A stretch of 64,000 nucleotides of DNA, from NCBI RefSeq assembly GCF_009914755.1, contig NC_060941.1; one strand, written 5' to 3'. The position numbers and the translations under genes are program-made. Below are positions 58,351 through 64,000 of this stretch, piece by piece (the first letter of the stretch is position 1; each line of letters begins with the position of its first letter). This DNA comes from the human T2T-CHM13v2.0 reference genome, Homo sapiens. The notes beneath the pieces are model-generated. The model searched no databases. It saw only the letters and a program-made list of their open reading frames with translations, and was not told the DNA's origin.

Positions 58351-60024
58351 CGGAATCTCTTAAATGTAGCTGGCCCATCGTTCTGCTCAGACCCTCCTTA
58401 GCTTCATGCAGCCGGGCCTCAGGGGCTATCCCATTAGCACATCCACCTCTTCCTCTTCCTGCCTCCCCTGGGCCCCTTCCACCCTCACGCCGGGTCCTGC
58501 TTTCCCAGGAACTCACCATGGGCCCTGCCTCGGGGCCTTTGCCCTGCCCTGGTCTGCCCACTGCTCTCTGGCATGGAAAGTGCTTCCCTGCCTGCCTTCC
58601 ACGTCTCGCTGAGCACGCCTATCCCACTTCTGCGGAAGCGCTGGCCCTCCTAGTCCTGCCTTCCCTCGGGAGATGTTGGCTCTGTGCGAGCAGGGCTTTG
58701 CGGCTGGGTCGATGCTGCATCCCCCACCCCCGTGCACGTGGCCTCTGGGCTAGCACGCAAAGGCGCCCTCACCCTTGCTGCGTCCTGGAAGGAAGGAGCA
58801 CCTGCCCTGGAACTTGGCCGGGTGGCGTTACCACCGGAGGGTCCAGTATAGGCAGGACTGAGGTGTACCCGGCCTGCTGTGAGCCCCGGCGTAGTGCAGA
58901 ACTCGGGGCCTCGTTCCCCAAGAACACACACCCTGGCCATACCTCAGGGCAGGGGATGGAACACTCGTCAAATAGCGGGTTTTCTGGAGGCAGGTCCCGT
59001 GGTGGGGAGTGGCTTCCTTGTCCCTAAATGCCCTTTCTATCTGTTCTCTTGGCTTCGGAGGCTGAGGCCAGGTGCTGGGAGAGGGGGTGGGGGATGCAGT
59101 TGCCCTTCCCTCCCCACTCTCTAGCCCACAGGTTGGGGCTGGGTGGGTTGGGGCCCCACAGCCTCCTGCTTGTCTGCGACAGGGCTGGGCGGCTTCCCTT
59201 CCTGTGATCCTCAGGAAAGATCAGGATCACATCATAACAAATGACCGGAAGACACGGGAGGTGGCTGAGCTGGGGGTTTCTGCTGGAGCTGCTCCCTGGG
59301 CCCTTGCTGGCAGGGGCTGGCTGTTGACAGTCAGTGTATGTTATGCCGGTAGAATTCTCATTTGGCTGTTGTTTGTGTGTGCCTGTTTTTATCCCTTGTA
59401 ATTAAAACATTTATTTGGCCTTCGCAGTGAAAATCTAATTTCTTGAGTCTAAGAACTGCTGATCTTGGCACCGAGATGCCCGTCCGTCGGGCAAACAGAC
59501 CCAGAGCCGTTGGATTATTCATAGCACGGCATCTGCAGATCAGGCTGCAGTGGTGCTAATCAGAGCTGAGGTTTGGTAATTGAGTGTTGAGCAGGATTTT
59601 AGTGGGAGGGGGGTGCCGGCGTCGTTGAGCGATTGTGTATGGCCGGTGGGGGGCCCTTCTGGGCTGACTCAGCCGCGCCAATGGGAACGGCACCTCGGCA
59701 GCGGCGCGTCTGAGCGCCAGTTGTATTCTGCCTGCTGCACCATGCAAATGCGCTCCTTCAGCCCGCAGACACTCCTCTGCGGCCGGGTTTCTTCTTACCC
59801 CCTTTGCACAGGTGTGAAAACCGAGGCTCAGGAAGGTCATTTTCCCAAGGACGTTGATCAGGGGCATGGCTGGGATTTGAACTTGGGAAGCCCACCTTGA
59901 GCATTTGTGGTGTCGACCCCCAGGAGGGGTGCCTGCTCTGGGTTTTCTCCTCTGTGTTCGGACCCTTCGGAGTCACCAGGGTGACCTCTGCCAGTAATGC
60001 TGTTTCTTCTCTGCTTTCTTCCAG

Positions 60025-60100
60025 ACCATCATGGAGCAGTTCAACCCTAGCCTCCGGAACTTCATCGCCATGGGGAAGAATTACGAGAAGGCACTGGCAG
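60025..60100 (+). CDS. BAIAP2: BAIAP2 coding exon 2 (TIMEQFNPSLRNFIAMGKNYEKALA G-)
   Basis: ctgctttcttccag| acceptor; CAG|gtggaa donor; in frame with exon 1; I-BAR sequence. The gene continues beyond the window. Confidence 0.97.
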
Positions 60101-60578
60101 GTGGAACTGCGCCCGGGCCCCGTGGGGTGGGAGCTGCCTCCTGAGCTGGTAGAACTGCGCCCGGGCCCCGTGGGGTGGGAGCTGCCTCCTGAGCTGGTAG
60201 AACTGTGCCCGGGCCCCGTGGGGTGGGAGCTGCCTCCTGAGCTGGTAGAACTGTGCCCGGGCCCCGTGGGGTGGGAGCTGCCTCCTGAGCTGGTAGAACT
60301 GTGCCCGGGCCCCGTGGGGTGGGAGCTGCCTCCTGAGCTGGTAGAACTGTGCCCGGGCCCCGTGGGGTGGGAGCTGCCTCCTGAGCTGGTAGAACTGTGC
60401 CCGGGCCCCGTGGGGTGGGAGCTGCCTCCTGAGCTGGTAGAACTGTGCCCTGGCCCCAAGGGTGGGAGCTGCCTCCTGAGCTGGTAGAACTGTGCCCTGG
60501 CCCCAAGGGTGGGAGCTGCCTCCTGAGCTGGTAGAACTGTGCCCGGGCCCCGTGGGGTGGGAGCTGCCTCCTGAGCTG
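60101..60578 (+). repeat. 48-bp VNTR x10 (7x48, 2x47, 1x48) starting at the BAIAP2 exon 2 donor
   Basis: Unit GTAGAACTGTGCCCGGGCCCCGTGGGGTGGGAGCTGCCTCCTGAGCTG. Confidence 0.98.
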
Positions 60579-61784
60579 GCAGATGGACTTGGGCACAGCC
60601 TGTGGGGCCTGGTCAGGAGCGAAAGGAGGTCTTCTGTTCCAGCAACAAAGCTGGACAGCGGCTCTGAGTGAAGGTGTAGCCCATGCATTCTGGACTGGGT
60701 CTGCTGTCACTGTGGCAGCACGCCCCTGCCTGTGCGGGCTGCTCTTGTCCTGTGGCATCTAGAGACGGGAGGGGTGCGGATGTCAGTCCCTCAGGATCAT
60801 GTAGAAACTGTGGGATCAGGGCTGGGATGAAGCTGTTGGTAACTGCAGCAGCTTCGGGTTTGAGAAATGAGCGAACGCCCTGCAGCTCCTTCTCACAAAG
60901 AGCCGGGACAGAGGGTGTGGGGGACTGGTGGCTGCAGGGACATTCCATTCTTCCCACTGTCTCCCTGAGACGCTTCCCATCGCCCCCACCCCACCCAGGC
61001 ACTCCACTGCGGGGCCTTGGGTGCACCTGGGTCTTTCCGTCCTGGTGGGGAGTGGCTTCCTTGTCGCCAGATGCCCTTCTCACCTGCCCTGTTGGCCCCG
61101 CAGGTGCCCTTGGCTGAGTCCTGCCATGGATGGGGACTTGCTATTCTTGGACAGTGACCCCCGGTCTCCCTGTACCCTCTACCGTGTCTGTCCCTGTAAC
61201 TGCAGCATCTTCATGGGCAGAGTCCACATCCCCAGCAGGGAGGAGATCGTGTGTTTTCCGGGACACGTGCTGCGTCTCTGCCGGCGCCCCCGGCTCCTCC
61301 ACCGCTTCCTGGTGTTGCGGCACCCATGGGTTGGGTGGAGTTGGTTGTCCAGTTTTGGTGCCAGGTTAGAGGTGGCAAGGACGGGGCAGGAGTTGGTCAG
61401 CCCTCGTTCCTTTTTTACCACCTTTACTCCGTTGTCACCTGGGGAGAAAGCACTCCAACCGAGCACCTGGCAGAAGGCCTGTCCCTGGCACTGCCCTCCT
61501 TCTCAGCTCCCCAGGTGGACCAGTTGTGCCCGCCTGCCACATCTAGTTGGGGGTGGCCTTCATGTTTCCTTGTGGGCATGAATGGGACAGGGAGCTCCCT
61601 TGGGCCACCTCCTGTTTGCACCCGGCACCCTGCAGGGGCCCCCATGGCTGCCCCAGCAGCAGCCTTGTTTCTCTCCACCCTGCCCCTCCTCTACATCCCT
61701 GGGCCCGGGGTTGCACCCGAGGGACCTGCTCATCAAAATTGTCTTAAAGAGCTGTCCTTCCTCCAGCGAAAGTCTGCAGGGTGT

Positions 61785-62101
61785 TTTGTTTTTTGTTTTT
61801 TTTTGTTTTTTTTTTTTTTGAGACGGAGTCTCACTCTGTTGCCCAGGCCAGACTGCAGTGGCGCTATCTTGGCTCCCTGCAAACTCTGCCTCCCGGGTTC
61901 ACGCCATTCTCCTGCCTCAGCCTCCCGAGTAGCTGGGACCACAGGTGCCTGCCACCACGCCCGGCTAATTTTTTGTATTTTTAGTAGAGACGGGGTTTCA
62001 CTGTGTTAGCCAGGATGGTCTCGATCTCCTGACCTCGTGATCCGCCCGCCTCAGCCTCCCAAAGTGCCTAGGATTACAGGGGTGAGCCACCGCGCCCGGC
62101 C
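61785..62101 (-). mobile_element. Antisense AluY
   Basis: AluY diagnostics; TSD gtctgcaggg(tg)ttt. Confidence 0.93.
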
Positions 62102-63030
62102 GTCTGCAGGGTTTTCATGACAGTGGAGATGCTTGGGCTGTGGCAGTGACCCCCGTCCCCCAGCCAGGAGCTTCTTGGATGAGCTAGTGGAGGTCGGCAG
62201 CAGAGCCTGTGGCAGCTCTGAGGGTCGGCGTGGCCTCCTGGTGGAAGTTGCACCTGGTTTGCTTCCCTATGGTGCACCCCAGTTGTTGGGCAGCTTCATG
62301 GGGGTCCCAGGGAGAGCTGCCTTTGCCTCTGGCCTGAAATGTTGACGCTGGAGAGAGGCTCCCGAATCAGAGTAGGAAGGCTGAGGCCCGGCTCGAGGTG
62401 GGTGCAGAGGGCTTCCAACTGTGGTGACCCCATGATCTCTAGGCACAGCACATGATGTCCAGATTCTCCGGGCCCAGCTAAGTTCCGTGCCCTGTGAATG
62501 AGACCAGTTGTTCATCTCTTCCTGGCTGGGTCTGAATCTTGGCCATTACAATGAGAATCCAGAGTCCAGATGATCCCACCCCTGGAGATGGGGGCTGGTC
62601 TTGCACATTGCAGACTGACGATGGCTTCCTTTTTCCAGAGCCACTCGTCTGTGGGACACTTGGTGACCTCATCTACGGTAGAGTCTTCCGTAGCCCTCAC
62701 ATGGCTCTCCGAGGTGTGGGTTTCTTCCCCGTCGTCCGCACACGGGGAAGTGGTGTGGATGCCGCTTCCAGTGGGTTGCGGTGGGGGCCGGGGCCTGTGT
62801 TCCCCTCCTCTGGGTGAGCAGGCACTTCGGCCCTTTGATGCCACCAAGGCGTGGGTTCCGTTCGGGCCTTTCCGCTCCTGTTTGGTTCCTCATGAGGGTG
62901 GCGGGGCTGAGTGTGGAGACTTGGAGCTTTACTTCCTGCTCCTGCTTTTCTTGATGGCCTGGTGGGAATGAGCTCGGCCGTCCAGGCAGCACCGCCACCT
63001 TAGCCGCAGCCAGCCGCCCTGGAGTCTCAC

Positions 63031-63318
63031 TTCTGCTGTTGCGTTTTTCTGCTGTTGCGTTTTTCTGCTGTTGCGTTTTTCTGCTGTTGCGTTTTTCTGC
63101 TGTTGCGTTTTTCTGCTGTTGCGTTTTTCTGCTGTTGCGTTTTTCTGCTGTTGCGTTTTTCTGCTGTTGCGTTTTTCTGCTGTTGCGTTTTTCTGCTGTT
63201 GCGTTTTTCTGCTGTTGCGTTTTTCTGCTGTTGCGTTTTTCTGCTGTTGCGTTTTTCTGCTGTTGCGTTTTTCTGCTGTTGCGTTTTTCTGCTGTTGCGT
63301 TTTTCTGCTGTTGCGTTT
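63031..63318 (+). repeat. Perfect 16-bp minisatellite (TTCTGCTGTTGCGTTT) x18 in BAIAP2 intron 2
   Basis: 18 identical copies with no A on the + strand. Confidence 0.98.
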
Positions 63319-64000
63319 TTCTTTTGTTCGAGGCAGCACACCCGTCCCAGGCACAGGCCTTCATTCCTCTGTGGACGTGGTCTTGTGCCGCAGAACAAAT
63401 TGTGCGCTTAATTGAAAAGTATATAAATAAAATCTGATAAAGTGCCCAGTTATAGGCCCCTAAGTGGGTTCTGTAGAAAACGGATTAGAAATTGTAATTA
63501 CACTGCTCTCCGGGGCCCTGCCCCGCCCTTTCTGTGGCCTGGAGGTCAGGGCGGGGCTCCCTGTCAGGTGGAGGAGTTTGCCAGGCACTCCCTGGAGTCC
63601 CTGAGGAGGAAGCCCAGGCTCTTCCAGGAGCCTGCTCCACCCCTGTGGCTGTGGAGGAGTTCAGCAGGCCCGGAGCCCTTCACACCCACTTCTGATTAGA
63701 TCAGACTCTGCCTCTGAGATGCTGGGAGGCCCCTCAGGCGGCGGCAATACCAAGTAATGCCTTTAGCCTCCTTTGATCAGCTGTGACGGGCGTCCTGGTC
63801 TGAGACTGTGAAGCAATTGGAAATAGTTCTCCCACTCCAGGCTCAGCTTGGGGATCTGTGGGGAAATGGCTTCCTACTGCCCAGCTCTGCAGTTTCCTTG
63901 CCCAGGGTTGGTTCTTTGTCTCATGAAATACAGTTAGTACAACACTCCCTCCCCCCGGCCCTGCCTGGTAGCACGTGATAGGGATCAGCTCTCTGCAATT

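Noticed and set aside
59758-60758. Repetitive ORFs (VELCPGPVGWELPPEL)n and related frames
   Set aside because: Translations of the 48-bp VNTR, not in the BAIAP2 frame
60101-63318. Tandem arrays read as CRISPR-like
   Set aside because: Units abut with no unique spacers, no cas genes, and the context is human
62669-63437. Cys/Phe-rich and Lys/Gln-rich repeat ORFs
   Set aside because: Translations of the 16-bp minisatellite

Overview
Human (primate) genomic DNA, recognisable as 17q25.3. In order it holds: the last five coding exons and 3' UTR of CHMP6 (ESCRT-III, + strand); a ~30 kb repeat-rich intergenic interval; the divergent lncRNA BAIAP2-DT/BAIAP2-AS1 (- strand); a bidirectional CpG-island promoter; and coding exons 1-2 of BAIAP2/IRSp53 (+ strand). 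The intergenic interval contains an orphan CpG island, a five-layer retroelement nest (L1 > full-length MST MaLR provirus > Alu > ERV1 solo LTR > Alu) and a consensus CTCF site. Almost all ORF-track entries are GC-rich, Alu- or VNTR-derived noise. I see no prokaryote-type system. The most interesting unexplained signals concern splicing and RNA processing. (1) Minisatellites are anchored on the splice donors of both CHMP6 exon 6 and BAIAP2 exon 2, with decoy donors and in-frame stops. (2) A perfect A-free 16-mer x18 array in BAIAP2 intron 2 sits between a branch-point-like motif and an AG/stop/AATAAA cassette. (3) An orphan strong 3' splice site plus G-quadruplex and AATAAA at ~13 kb could be an alternative last exon of CHMP6. 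All three are hypotheses from sequence alone.
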